Origin: Sphagnum compactum
Lineage: Eukaryota
NCBI GenBank assembly: GCA_965153455.1
Contig: OZ234493.1
Location: forward strand, 11,150,213-11,214,212
Direction of reading: 5' to 3'
Length of the DNA: 64,000 bases
The notes below the pieces were generated by a model. That model ran no database searches, was not told where the DNA came from, and saw only the letters and a program-made list of their open reading frames with translations. Below are positions 11,423 through 25,479 of this stretch, one piece after another. How positions within the stretch are numbered: position 1 is the first letter of the stretch; every line of letters starts with the position of its first letter. The position numbers and the translations under genes were made by a program.

Positions 11423-13022
11423 ATGGACTGGATAACATTTATCAACTACTTTGCCGTCTTCTTCGCGATATGGCAGTTTGTTAGAGATGCGAAATTCTGT
11501 AGGATTCCATACGCCATAGTGAATTCAGTATGGCACCAAGGAATTAGGAAAACCTGGTTTATGGAGAGGGAAATCCTGGAGATGAGAGAGTCCTACTCAA
11601 ATTTCCACGATCGGAAGTCAGAATGCGATTATGCGACAGTATTCAAATGGAAAGAAGCCTCTGTAGATGATGAAGATGAGTTGGGCAAGATGGTGTCATT
11701 CGAAATAGAAGGGGAATCTCACACTCTGTACCTGGACAATCACGGTATTGGAGTTATAAAGGATTACCTAAGTGACAGGCAAGATTGTGTTCCTGTTAGG
11801 GAAACTAAGTATCTAATGAGAAAGACATTCTTCTGCCAGTCAGCGTCTGATAGGGAGGTTGTCGAGCATCTGATAAACGGAGGATTTGTTGAAAGAAAAT
11901 CTTTGTACTGCCTTTATGAACAGAGTAGTGGATTTGAGCTGAATAAGAATTTCACAAAGGCGATACAGATTGCACCATTGAGCCTGCAAGCAAGAGGGTT
12001 CAATACCCCTGCAGCAGTTCTAACATTACTAAACATAGTGTTAGATCAGTTGAATAAGCCTGCTAACAAATTGTGGAAGGTCTTTAAATTCTACGTCTAT
12101 GTGTGGACAAAGTATGCTCTAAACTATTTCCCCAAGTCAATAAGGTCAGAAGTCAGTGGGATTCTCTCAAGTGCCAGTGAAGGGTTCTTGTATTGTGATG
12201 ATTCAAAGTAATTGATTTATTCAACAGTGTTTGACAAGGGAATTCCATGCTCAATGGAAAGTCACTACACAGACAACACTTATTGGTTCTACAAAGAAGC
12301 AAAAGATGCTGATTTCAAGGTAGAAAGAACAGTTGGAGATCCGGTTTGTTTGTCTTATTTCTGTTCCAGCAAGGAGTTCAAGCTAACTTACAAGCTTAGA
12401 GTCCCAGATGACAGGCCACCACAATTCCTTTTGGGGGACATTTATGTAACGGATGGGGAAGTTAACTTTATAGGGGAGATGTGGACTTCTCTGAAATATG
12501 TAATTACATCATTTATTTCAAGTCCATAGATGGGTTAGACAGTTATCCATTAGTTTACTGTAGGAGCGGATATGCACATTTAGTGAACCCCATAAACAGC
12601 ATAAGAGATAAAATAGGTGTGTCTAGAGTTCATATGGTAAGGTTGGTGGGGTATAACAAGGTTATTGTCTCTCAATGTGAGATACCTGAATTTAGTTGCA
12701 GGAACTATCTTCCAAAGAGATGGCAAAGCTGGGCCTAGGGTTTGCAGAGAACACATTGGCTCACCACCATAATGCATGTAAAAGACAGCATCTTGATGAG
12801 GATGGTGATGGGAGTCAAGGTTTCAATCAAGGCATACCTAGCAGCCTGTTGCCAAAGGCAGCTGGTATCTGTTGAGTGCACAATAAAAGGTTCTGGAGAA
12901 GAGTAGGAAGACATCAGCGTTGTTTGGGGTCTGCTTCTTCAAGTGTGTGTGAAGAAAACAAAGGGAGAAACATACCAAGAAGATGGCCCATGAGAGACAA
13001 ATATTCAATTCCTAAGGAGTGA
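11423..13022 (+). pseudogene. Intronless orphan protein gene with N-terminal hydrophobic segment, disrupted
   Basis: 262-aa ATG ORF (11423-12211) whose frame continues past a single TAA (12212-12529), then shifts frame (12481-12738). A further frame (EMAKLGLGFAENTLAH...PKE*) may extend it to 13022 through one more stop. Protein-like composition throughout; no family recognised; 3' end uncertain. Confidence 0.6.
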
Positions 13023-14459
13023 TTTCTAGTATATTCTTTTGGTTTAGGTGACCAAGAAGTTTGGTAAATTATTCCGGCTTTTGAAGTTCTTGAGTCTCAG
13101 GACTTGGATTTGTCGAATTATGTAACACTGGGAATGTTAAGCTGCCTCTTGGAATTTGTAGCTTAATCAAGATTCATGATGTTGTGCAAGTAGTTGAAAT
13201 CCTGCATTTGTATTCTTTGCATCTCTACCATTATAGTTCTGATAACATCATTGTCTAAAACAAAGTCATGAGTCTATTCATTATATGTATCTTGTAGAGC
13301 TTTTTTGGTGTGTTAGTCAGGAAGAGAACAGAGAGGGAGAAGCAGAGTAAATAACAAGTCCTGAGTGTTTGTTTTTGTTTGTTCTTTTTTTTAATTTTAT
13401 TGTTTTGTGGTTTCTCTTTGTCTCCAGTTTTGTTCATGTGAAAGTGAATGAATGTTTTTGCTCACATGGAGTTGATCTAGCAATGATGTGGTACTCGTGT
13501 GACACTTGGGAGCACAATGTTCGCCACGGGAATGTGTTGTACCCCATTGCAACATGAGGTAGACACATGGAAATGTGAAAATAGGTGATTTTTTAAAAAT
13601 CAAATTTTATTATTTGATACCTATGTGACACATCATTATTTTTGACAAAAACCTTGGCCTACTGGTCATTAAAAAAAAAGCTGACCAACACTAGATTCAA
13701 TGTTCGGTGGTACTAAGTCGAACCTATTTCCAAATGCTCACCTCACCTAACTATTTATCTATCATCTATTTTTTGAATGATAACTTGGTGAACAAAAAGT
13801 TGAAGATGTTCATTATATGGATGCCCTTGAATCTTGTGCAAGCAATTATAGTTTTTTATATTTTCATTTGTCAAATAAATTATCTTTGTAAGCAGATTTG
13901 CAAGTTTAGAAATTTACAACAGTACCAATGCAAAGGTTGTTGCCAAGTAAGTTAAGCGTGAAAATGCTTTGGATGGTGCTTCAACTAAAGGGTTGTTTGC
14001 TAGTGAACACTCTTATATTTTTGACTTCATGCTTATCATTATAATACCTTTTGTAATTTTTTCATTTTGCTTGATCTTTTAATGAATTCCATTGTATTCA
14101 TGCAATCCATGAAGAAATGAAAAAAAAAGTGGTGAAACTTTGTTGGGCCCTGCCCTCACAGGGCATTGGATCCAACTCTTAGAAGTTGTAACTTATTAAA
14201 ACCAGTTTCCAGATTAGGTGAACCGGTTTCTGTGGTGAAAGTGTTTAGACTGTTCAGATTGGAACAGATTGCTTTGTTGTTCAGAGTGTGGACACAGTAG
14301 GTAGATGTACAACATCTTATCTATTGGCAGGGCCAACGTGTTTGTGATGCCTTGTTTGATTTTGCAGTACAAGTAAGAAAGTGATGATATTACTGAGTTT
14401 TTGGGAGGTGGGTGCAAATAGCTCCCAATGGGGGGGGTTCTGATAGTACCAGTGGAAAT

Positions 14460-15400
14460 ACGATTTATCTAGCTATTGCCAATGAATGATAACGTTGAAA
14501 TGATGTTCTTTTTATAATCTAAATTATGTCCTTCTAATCCTAGTCCAACAAATCCAAATAACGTAATATGATGGTACGGTACTATTGTGATGGTAATTTT
14601 TCTTACATGTGGTCGGATAGCAGTACATATTATTATAGTTGTAGTTATTTTTGTAGGTTGTGTTATTATACTAGTTTTTCTTGCATGTGGGACTATAACA
14701 CTAGGTACCATTATGGTGGTAGTTTTTTCTACTGATAGTGCTATGGTGGTTATTTCTCCTATAAGTGGTATTATGGGGGTAGACACTGTTCTAGTAGTAA
14801 TTTCTTCTACATGTGGTATTATAGGGTTAGTTGTTACAAATTAATTTTTCATATAGTTAGCATTGTGGCGGTAATTGCTATTTTTTTTTCACAAGTAGTT
14901 TGCCAAATAGGTGTTTCTTTCAACACTATTTTTTTTTGCTTCAAAGTTGTGGATGTAAAATTTGGAATTGGAAACTTTCTTTGTGTTACTTTATTTTTAT
15001 TTCAAGGTAGTGTCTTATGAAAGGTGAAATTCTCTTACCCCATAGAATACTCCTCTAAATTGTCAAGGGTTAATGCTTCTTTTGTGCCTTCCCCTCTAGA
15101 CTTCAAATGATAATCCATCCATTTCTAGGGTAATCATATTTTTTACTCTAGTAAGACCCACTACCTCATTTGCATTTTTTGTCCTCTTGTCCTTGTGATA
15201 CCACAAATGATGGTGGTAATTTGCTATTTATGTTACCCTAGGAGCCAGTACCTCCTACCTTGTAATGAGTTCAAATGGTAATTCCATATTACCACTAGTA
15301 AACTGATATTACGAGAGGGGACCATTCAAATTTGTTACTGGAGGTGACTCCCTTGGTGCTCTAGGTTCCTTGATAAATTACTTGGTACTCATAATTACAA
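14460..15400 (-). mobile_element. Probable retroelement gag-like remnant with short coding repeats
   Basis: Minus-strand Thr/Ile/Pro-rich repeats (VPHARKTSIITQP / RPHVRKITITIVP) and fragmentary ORF pieces with stops; the assignment is weak. Confidence 0.3.
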
Positions 15401-16853
15401 GGGCTCCACAAATAGTAACTTTGGTGTAAAAATGTCAACATTCATTTTTTTTGGTAGTTTTGTTTGTAGAACATTTTTTTCTAATTTTGTTATTTCTCCT
15501 TCTTGCACATGTAATAGGAATTGTTAACCTCCCTAGGTGCAAGGTAATCGCATCCCACTTGTTGGTGCCCCATTTGACCACCCCAACCTGTACAAATGGT
15601 GTAAAAGGTCAAAATGATGGAAAAATATAATACCAAAATAGTGGATGATGCCAAAATGTTGGAAGGGGCAAATGCCTCTTCCTTCCTTTTAAAAATCATT
15701 AACTAATTTTGCATAGTGATTAATGAAGAACAAATGCAAGTGGGTGTTGATATTGTGAAAACATCTATAGCAAATGTTGTTAGAATTGAAGTGGATTTGG
15801 CGAAAATAATTTTGAACATAGTGGAGCAAGAGACTATAGATTCTACTCCAATGCTAGAGCACGAGAATGCAAATGAGGTTGTTGATATTGATCGAAATGA
15901 CATATTGAACTTTACTTATTATAATTAATTGCCCATCCATCTCTCTAGTAGAGAGGATGGTGGGGTTTTTTTTGGTCAAAATTTTGGGTGCAATACCTTC
16001 ATTACTTGAACCCATTAATTGTGGTTGTTAAACCTTTGCCCCACGTTCCTTCTCCATATGAGCGGGTGGGTGGGGCATTTGTTTTTGTTCAGAATCTCTA
16101 GGCAATACCTTAAGGCTTTGTAAGTGATATTGTTTTTTTTAGGGTTAATTTCATTTCTTGCAATTTTGAACATTGGGTTCTAGTAATACCCTCATATTTT
16201 CTTATTGATCTTTTATCTTTATGTTCAATATCTTCATCTCATGTTTCTTATCCTTTATATTTTTATGCAATACCTTCATTTTTTCTTTTTGATCTTTTAT
16301 CTATCTATGCAATAACCTTATCGTATGTGGCCTAACCTTCATTTAGAATGTTAATTCTCTCATTAAGTTTATTGTTTTTGTTTTTTTGGTTTCAAATGCG
16401 ATTGCCCTTCCCCCAATTTCCGTAGAAGGTGTCCATTTGGCAAGGGATGGTACTAAGTGGGCTTGTAGGGTTGATGGGTGTGATGCATCCTATATCGCCA
16501 AATACAACTTGGTATAACATTTGCGATTGTGCCACAATGTGGTGATGGAGTTGGGCAAGCCCAAACACCCATTTACTTGGGAGGAAGGCCCAAGGCATCA
16601 AAATCATGTGGCCATGAATGCACGGGTTTTGAACAACTTTATGGCCCAATTCTATCACAATGAAAAAAAGGTAATTACTAGGGCTAGGGGGCACGTAAAC
16701 CTAGATTGGGATAAGCTTTAGGTTGTTTTGTGAAACACACCTAAGGTTCCTAAATTTGCACTTGTCAAGCTAGCCTTTAGCCACATTCTTGAGCTTTTTG
16801 GCATGACTACACGAGGTGTGGGGTTCATCCCTCTCAATGTGCAAGCCAAGGTG

Positions 16854-19800
16854 CACTAGAAGAAAAACATGTATTTTTACTAGTCTTTGTGACTAAATTT
16901 TATTCGCAAGAGACATTTTGCAACTAAAATCCCTTTAGTCACCTGAGACAAGTCGTATATGATAAACTAGTCGCAAATGACAAAGAGTATTGTATGAAAG
17001 AAAAAGTCAACAGATACATTTCATCCTTTGACTCCATTGTATACATATTGTCACATGCGATTAAGATGCAACTATTTTGGTCACACTAGAGGGCAAATGA
17101 TGTGCTGCCACGTGTCTTAATATTTAATTATTTAAAATATTATAATTATTACTATTTTGAAATAATCTAAGATGTTCAATTCAAATACTTGGATGATCTT
17201 ATATTATGACACGTGAGCCAATGTAAGTATGCCACGTGGCATTAAAAAATAATTTAATAAAGATATTAATATTAGGTTGGTAGGCACCTAGGTAAGTACA
17301 TAAATAGATGCTTACAAACCTAGGCTACATACCAACCTACCTACTTAGGTTTAAAAATAGGTAGGTAGGTATTATGTTCCTAGGTTAAATACCTACTCAT
17401 ATAGGTAGGTACTTAGGTAGGTAGGTACATAGGTCAACCTAGGTGGGTAGGTCAAACTAGGTACCTACCTAGCTAGGTAGATAAGTAGGTTGGGAAGGTA
17501 AATATTTTAGAAATGTGCATAATTTGTTTTTTTGTTTTGGATTGAGCTTTTTTATTAACTCATCCCGTGTGCAAAAATTTCTTAATGTGACATTGGAGAC
17601 CACACCCCCTTGTTTATATAATGTTCAAAATAGGAATGAAGAACAAACAATATGAGATAAGTTTTGAACTTGCAACTTCCTCACAAATTAAGTTGTAATT
17701 CCAACACTTTTTTCATGCCTTACTTTCTTAGTTTTTAGATTTCTAAACAATTCAAGTACTAGATAACTAGATAATCATTTAATTAATAATGATTAAATTT
17801 AGATATATTTAAATTATAAATTATACACTACAAATATTCAATATTGATTATCAATTACTTAAATAAGTAATAACTTCTTAATATTTAACAAACTAGTTAT
17901 CTAGTTATTCACGAGTTATTAATACCTAACTCATAAATAATTAAATAACTAAAATATTTTAAAATATATAATTATTTTTTAGAATTTGATACAATTATAT
18001 ATGATATAATTAATATAAAAATACTTAAAATATTTATGCTAAAATTATAAGTAATGAATTAACAATTGCTGTTAGAAAGTAACGAATTCTTGAAATATTA
18101 TTATTCAACTAATTACATTACTTATTTCATAATTACATTTATTGTTGTAAAAATTATTATAGGTCAAGTAATTTTTTTCTCTTGGTAATTGTTAACTATA
18201 AATACAATAATTTGTTAAACACTACATTAATTTTCATAATTATTGTAAAATTACTATAAAATATTTACTGTAGATGATTAATCACAGGATTAAAATAATA
18301 ATAATTTTATACAATAACTCGTGAGATTAAAATCAATAAAATAATTATCTTGATTACACTGTAATTTTTCCAAATTTTTAATTCAGGTTTGAAGTTATAA
18401 ATTACATAGTCTGATTAATTATGTTCAATTAGAAAATAATTATGCACATACTAATTAATTTTTATCTGAAATAATTACAATAATTTTAAAGTATGTCACA
18501 TTAATTATATTAATTTATTTATTCTAATATAAGAATATAAATTATATAACATACATATATATATTATAACAATAATTATTTAGTGTAACTTAGATTTTTG
18601 TTAACATAATTTCTGTTACATAATAACTTATATAATGACAAATTTCAGAATTGGAATTTCAATTTTCAGATTCAAATTATAATATTCAAAATTAAAATGT
18701 CCATTGTAAGACTCAATTAACAATTTTCTGAATTGAAATATTAATTTTGAAAATCCAAAATAATAATATTGAAATTCAAATTTCAACTTTTAAGTCCAAA
18801 TAAAAATATTTAAATCAAAATAGACTCAATAAATTTTTTTGAATTGAAATAATAATTTTTAGATTCGAAAACAAATAATTAAGAATTCAAATATAAATTT
18901 TTAGATCAAATAAGTTTTTGAATTTTTTTTTTAAAATTCCAGAATTGAAATGTCAATTTCAGATTCAAATAACAATATTCAAAATAGAAATGTCCATTTT
19001 AAGACTCAATTAACAATTTTCTGAATTGAATTATTAATTTCGAAACTCCAAAATAATAATTTGGAATTCAAATTTCAACTTTCAAGTCAAATAATTCCTT
19101 AAAACTGAAATTTTAAACTTCAGAATTCAAATATCAAATTTCAAGTCCAAATAAAAATATTTTAAACCAAAATGTCAGTTTTTAGACTCAATAAAGTTTT
19201 TTGAATTGAAATACTAATTTTTAGATTCGAAAATAATAATTTAGAATTCAAATATCAATTTTGAGATGAAAAAAGTTCTTTGAATTTAAATAACAATTTC
19301 CGGAATTAAAATGTCTATTTTCAGATTCAAATAACAATATTCAAAATTGAAATGTCCACTTTAAGACTCAATTAACAATTTTCTGAATTGAAATATTAAT
19401 TTCGAAAATGCAAAATAATAATTTGGAATTTCAATTTTCAATTTTCAAGTCAAATAATTTCTTAAAATTGAATTTTAAACTTCAGAATTCAAATATCAAA
19501 CTTCAAGTCCAAATAAAAATATTTTAAATTAAATGTCAATTTTTAGACCCGTAAAGTTTTTGAATTCAAATAATAATTTTTAGATTCGAAAATAATAATT
19601 TATAATTCAAATATCAATTTTAACATCAAATAATTTTTTTGAATTTAAATAACAATTCGCAAGATTGAAATGTCAATTTTCAGATTCAAATAAAAATATT
19701 CCAAATTGCAATGTCCATTTTTGGATTCAATTAATGATTTTTCAGACTTGAAGTATTAATTTTGAAAGTCCAAAATAGTAAATTGGAATTGAAATCAAAT

Positions 19801-20522
19801 AATTATTCAAAATTTAATTCATAATTTTTAGAGTCAAAATATAAATTTTCATGTTCATATTAAAATACTTAGATTTAAAATGTCCATTTATATAATCAAT
19901 TAATAATTTTCTGAATTGATATACTAATTTTTAGATTCAAAAATATTAATTTAGAATTCAAATATTAATTTTTAGATCAAATAAGCCTTTTTGAATTTAA
20001 ATTGAAAATATCATTCAAATCAGAAATTTTAAATTCAAATAATGTTTTAAACAATTGAAATAATAATTTTCAGATTCAAATATCAAGTTTCAAATTATAA
20101 TATTTTTTAAAAAACTATAATAATATTTTGCAAAATTTAAATATCAATTTTCAGATGAATAAAAAATTCAATGTTCAAATATTAATTTTGAGATTCATTA
20201 TATGAACAATATACGTATGTATGCATATTTTATATATATAATTTTAGTACATACATTAAAATACACCGTATGTCATTGTAGAATACCTTTAGGATGCAAC
20301 TAATTTGGTGACTATTGCGACTAATGGATATCAACCTATAAATGTAAATTGATCTAACCAATAGGATGAAATTTCTAATAGTTGCATCATAGTTGTGAGA
20401 ATGACCAAAATAGTTGAAATATGTCCTATAGTTGCAAATGTTCCCAAATCTAGTCACAAACGACTACAAGTCGCATGTAGTCGTAAATGGAGTAGTTACA
20501 TTTTGACTGATTTCTACTAGTG
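16854..20522. mobile_element. Non-autonomous CACTA (En/Spm) element
   Basis: Left end CACTAGAAGAAAA at 16854; right end TTTCTACTAGTG ending at 20522; 3-bp TSD GTG at 16851-16853 and 20523-20525. Subterminal gcaacta/tagttgc repeats. Removing the element rejoins the flanking reading VQAKV|ERDEDL. Confidence 0.92.
18640..20180. repeat. AT-rich satellite inside the CACTA element (about 21-bp monomers, higher-order blocks of about 290-360 bp)
   Basis: The marker 'atgtcca' recurs at 18697, 18990, 19352, 19711 and 19880; monomers resemble ttcagattcaaataacaatat. Confidence 0.85.
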
Positions 20523-21279
20523 GTGGAGCGCGATGAGGACCTTGCAGTTGTGATTCAAATTAAACCAAGTATGTAAAAGGGTTCAAAGGCATTTGGATGG
20601 AGTGTAACTAGAAGTCTACATTTAATAAGATGGTGTGGCGTGAGGAAATTGACCTTCTTATGCAATACCATGAATCAGAAATGATTCATGGTTTGTAAGT
20701 TCTAACAATGCCATATTCAATTTTATTTGAATTTCACGTTTTAGGTTTCGTATGCAATATTTATTGTAGTGTGTTGTTTGTTTTAGGGTTGGAGGCACCA
20801 TCAAGGAGGTGCTTGTGGTTGATGTTATGCAGGTAGCATTGGCCAATCGTGGGGTATTTACGCATCAGCATGCTTAGGATGTAGAGGTTGCATTAACGTG
20901 GTTTAGGAGGGGCAACGTGATCCCATCCCCTTCCAATAATGACAGAGATAGTTCAAAGTTTATCCCCCATTTTGATTAGGGTGTTGTTCTGGACTTTAGG
21001 ATGTTCAGGTAGTAATTTATCTTTGAAGCAACCACATATTTACCATTATGACATGTTCCCCATTTTATGGTGGGTTTGTTTCAAACTTGGACATTTTTGT
21101 AACACGTCGCCCATATTTTTTATCTAAGGCATTTAACTTTCTTTTTGCACCATCTTGTGTTAATGGTTAGAAATATATTCCTATATGTATGTTTGATAAA
21201 ATTGTCCAAACAATTATTCTAGTCTTGCATTCAAACAAAAAAACATGTTTTGACTCCCAAAAATGCAAAGTTCAAACGT

Positions 21280-21930
21280 GAAGGAAAACAATACCTTCAT
21301 GAAGGTATTCTGTAAACACCACGGGTTGAATTATTTTGGTTTGAGCTATAAGAGGGGTATTGTTCATGCCCAAAATTACTATTCAATGCATACATGCAAT
21401 ATCCTTTTTAGGGTATATAAAAAATCCTTTGGGTTCCATAACATATCTATTGAAACCTATAGGGGTATTGCATAGCCATTCCAAAACCTAGAAGGAAAGC
21501 AGTACCCTCATGGGGGTATTATGTAAACACCATGGGTTGAATTATTTTGGTCCATGCTATCAAAGGGGTATTGTTCATGCCTATAATTATTCAATGCAGG
21601 TGTAATGCCCCTCTTAAGGTATATAATAAGTCCTTGGGCTCCATACCATATTTATTGAAATGTGGACGGGTATTGCATAGCCATACCACAACCTAGAAGG
21701 AAAACAATACCATCATAAAGGTATTCTACAAACCCCATGGGCTTAATTATTTTGGTTCAACCTATCGAAGCAGTATTGCTAATGCCCGTAATTACTCAAT
21801 TCACATGCAGTACCCCTCTCAATATATCCCATAAATCCTTTGGATTCCATAACATATCTTTTGGAACTTGGACGAATATTGCATAGCCCTAGCAAAATGT
21901 AAAAGAAAAGCAATATTCGTGTCATTTTGC
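21280..21930. repeat. Tandem repeat, 3 and a partial units of about 205-211 bp
   Basis: Units start at 21280, 21491 and 21696 (gaaggaaaacaatacc..ggtattgcatagcc). Confidence 0.9.
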
Positions 21931-24369
21931 AATAATACCATAAACCATGAAACAAAAGAATGTTTTTAAAAATATTTATTCCATGTTCACGATATCATAC
22001 CATACATATTGATTCAAATAAATGAGGGTATTGCAAAGGTGGTCACATTGATGGTAGAAGGTTTTGCTTGAACAAAGTTATGGAGTTAAATGCAATATTC
22101 GTATCATATTGGGATATTTGCATTCACCATGAAACACAAGATTTTTTTTTCAATAATTGATCCCCTAGCAATATATCATGAAATTCATGTTTTCAAAATT
22201 CTTTGTTCACCTTACAATATGATTTAATATGTATAACATAAAGGTTATGAAAAATTGGTCACATTCATAGTAGAGGGGTTGAGGGTTTAAGGTTTGATGT
22301 GTGATTTATAACTTAATGTTTGAATTCATATTTTCTCAATATCAAATATTACAAGTTATTTTGAACATTTTTCCAATGATGTACATATTTATGTTTTTCC
22401 CCTCTTAAAGTTGCAAACTCATGTAAGGAAAACAAAAACTTAAAGTTTATTATTTGACAAGATTTTAATGGTTGTTTACAAAAACATTACAGCACATGAT
22501 GTCACCTTTATCTAATGGTTCACATACTAATAAAAATTGATACTTCGCCCATATATTAATCATATGTATGATTGAAATTTTATTTTATAGTTTTTTACAT
22601 ATATTAACTAATTTCTCACCTAAACTAAATATATAGTAGATCGTTAATATTTTATATTTTATAAATACATAACACAAGTTTTTATGTAATTTTTAAAAAT
22701 GATGGATAATATTGGCTTAAATATTGATCTTTAAATATATTGTTTTTTATATCAAATAAAAAATTATATAATTAAAAATATCTTAAAATTAAGATTTTAT
22801 TCATTTCAATAAATATAATATCTTAATATTTATTTAAACTACCATAATAATTGAATAAAAATTATATTAAATAAAAATTAGATGTATATAAACCCATTGA
22901 TCTGTATATTAAAAATTGTTATCATGTTTTTAAATTTTTAGAGAGAATTTAAAAATTCCAAAAGATAAGTTATTAACATTGTATATTTTATTAATGCATG
23001 TAATTGAATATTATTTCAATGTACGTTGGAATTTAGTTTATGACATATCATATAATGCCATATATGATCAATAATTTTTTAATAATTTAATGTGTATACC
23101 CTTTTGTATTAAAATATACTCAAGTTTAAAAAACTTTAATCTTTCATTAAAAATAAAATAGATGTAATTGTTTTTTGAATAAATGGATGGTTACTTGTGA
23201 TTAAAAAAATAAACATGGTGTATAAATATCAAATTGTAATGAATTTTTTAAAAATTAATTGAAATTTTAAAAACTTTATTCTTATGTCTTGTGGTTAATA
23301 ACATTATCACAACGTAATGAAGGTATTGCAGTTACACTTTTAAACTTTGTTCATGCAAAATGTGGTTAATTTTGCAGTACCTTCATTTACATATATTAAC
23401 CATTTTGCATTGGTCCATTAAACAATTCTTGTTGTTTATGAATTTGAAAATGTATTTCAACTATATCTAATGTTTTAATTCAAATTTCTACCAAGTTAAA
23501 ACACTTATGCAAATATTATATCTTGAAAAATGAAATATATATATAATTTCACTCATTAAGTATGTCATTATTTAATACATTGTAAATAAAAATTTACAAA
23601 AAATTAATTTACAGGGACTAAACTTACATAAAATTAGTAACTTGTATTTCAAACCTCAAATAAAATATCTTTAAATTTAAAAATTGATATTTTGTGTGCC
23701 ATTATTAATCTTTGAATCATAAGTAACCATTCATTTATTCATTGACCTCCACCCACTGGTGGGAACCAATGAAATCAATGGAGATATTGTGGTAGCAGGT
23801 TGTTGAAATTCAATTTTTGTTCATGTTTTCATGTATGGAGTTTGGTTAATACTTAATAAGAGCATGCACTAATGACAATTTTTAGGGAATTGGTTCATTC
23901 TTAACCCATGCTTCATTTTTTGTTTGATAACATGTGCATGCTTGAGCATTAGTGTGGCCTATATGTAATTTTCATTTATGTAATTTGGAATGGGTTGTTA
24001 TTGGTTACATGTGGTCTTAATGTGCATTTGGAGATGGAAACAGACCCACATTCAAGCATTATGATTTGCACAATATCAATTCTAACCCACAAGCAAATAA
24101 GAAGCTAATTTTGTAGGAGTGACAGTCATATCTTCCACATAAATCTCCATCAGCCAGGTTTTATCTAATCTACATCCAACATGTTCAAGCTCATTGTTTA
24201 ATTCATTTTTTAGCTTTGAGTCCTTGAATGTTCACTTTTGGTTTTACTATATAGTATGTAAAGGAGGAGTCTTAACAACAATATGTCCTTGGCTTAACAA
24301 TTATAGTAGTTCTTTTTATTATTCAACCAAATTTCTTGGTTCAACACCTAGATACACCTTGTCTTACCA

Positions 24370-25200
24370 CCCAATATTTGCTTGGCTCACCATTGTGGCT
24401 TATTAATTTCAAGCATATAGTGTGGACAAGCATACATTAATGTTGGTCCACTTATTTGCTAATAGTCATTTTTGTTTCCTAAAACCATTTTGCCACTATA
24501 GTGCTTGTCCAAGCACTATGGCTTCTTTTCTAGCACATAGGTTCATTCCAATAGTGGTGGTCAACTACTTTTCCATAAGTGATTGTGCTTCATGAAATAG
24601 TTACAACTACCCCTAGTGCTTGTCTAAGCAATGTGGCTTCTTTCTAGCACATTAAAGTAAGGATCCATTCCTTTGCCAATAGTTAGTTTACTTTCTAAAA
24701 CTACCTCCACCACCCATGGTGCTTATTTCACCATTGTGTTTTGTTTTCAAGCACTTGGTCTCCTTCCATTAGTGAGGGTCCACTTGTTTTTAGGTAGTCA
24801 ATGTGCTCATTAGAATCACTTCGGCACCCATATTGCTTGTTTCACCATTGTAACTTCTTTTCAAGTGCCTAGTGTCTTTTAATTAGCTGTGGTCCACTCC
24901 TTTGCCAGTAATCATTGTGCTTCTTAAAACTAGGTCCACCACCCATAGTGTTGATAAGCCTTGTGGCTTCTTTTGAAGCACATTGGGTCCCTTTACTTGC
25001 GGTGTTCCACCTTTTTTAAGAGGCTTGTGCTTCCTAGAACCATAACCACAGCCACAATGTTTGTCTCAACACTATGGATTCCTTTCAAGGTCCTTCTATG
25101 AATGGTGATCCCCTTTCTTTGGTAGTACTCATAGTGCTTTCTTAAAGCACTACCATCGCCCAATGTCATTGGCTTAGGATTATGGCTAAATTTGATGCAC
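24370..25200. repeat. Degenerate tandem repeat, about 7-8 units of about 113 bp
   Basis: The marker 'ttgtggcttctt' and variants recur at about 24394, 24517, 24632, 24734, 24848, 24961 and 25072. Confidence 0.7.
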
Positions 25201-25479
25201 CTAGTTATCCCATTTTCAATTTTATTGAAAGGAAATGGGATTTTAGGTCATATGACACATGATGTAGTTTTGTTGCGGGTAAAACTCTTGCTTGAAATAT
25301 TAATTGGTGAATTGAATGTGTGGTTCAATTATGTTGGTTCATGATATGATACACTAAAAGATTTATCTTTGAACACCTTATACTATGGCATACCTATCCC
25401 CTAAAATTACATTTGCATTAACTTTTGTAAAGTTTGGGACATGTTTTCAATTTAAATATGGTGTGTTTGTGTTGAAATT

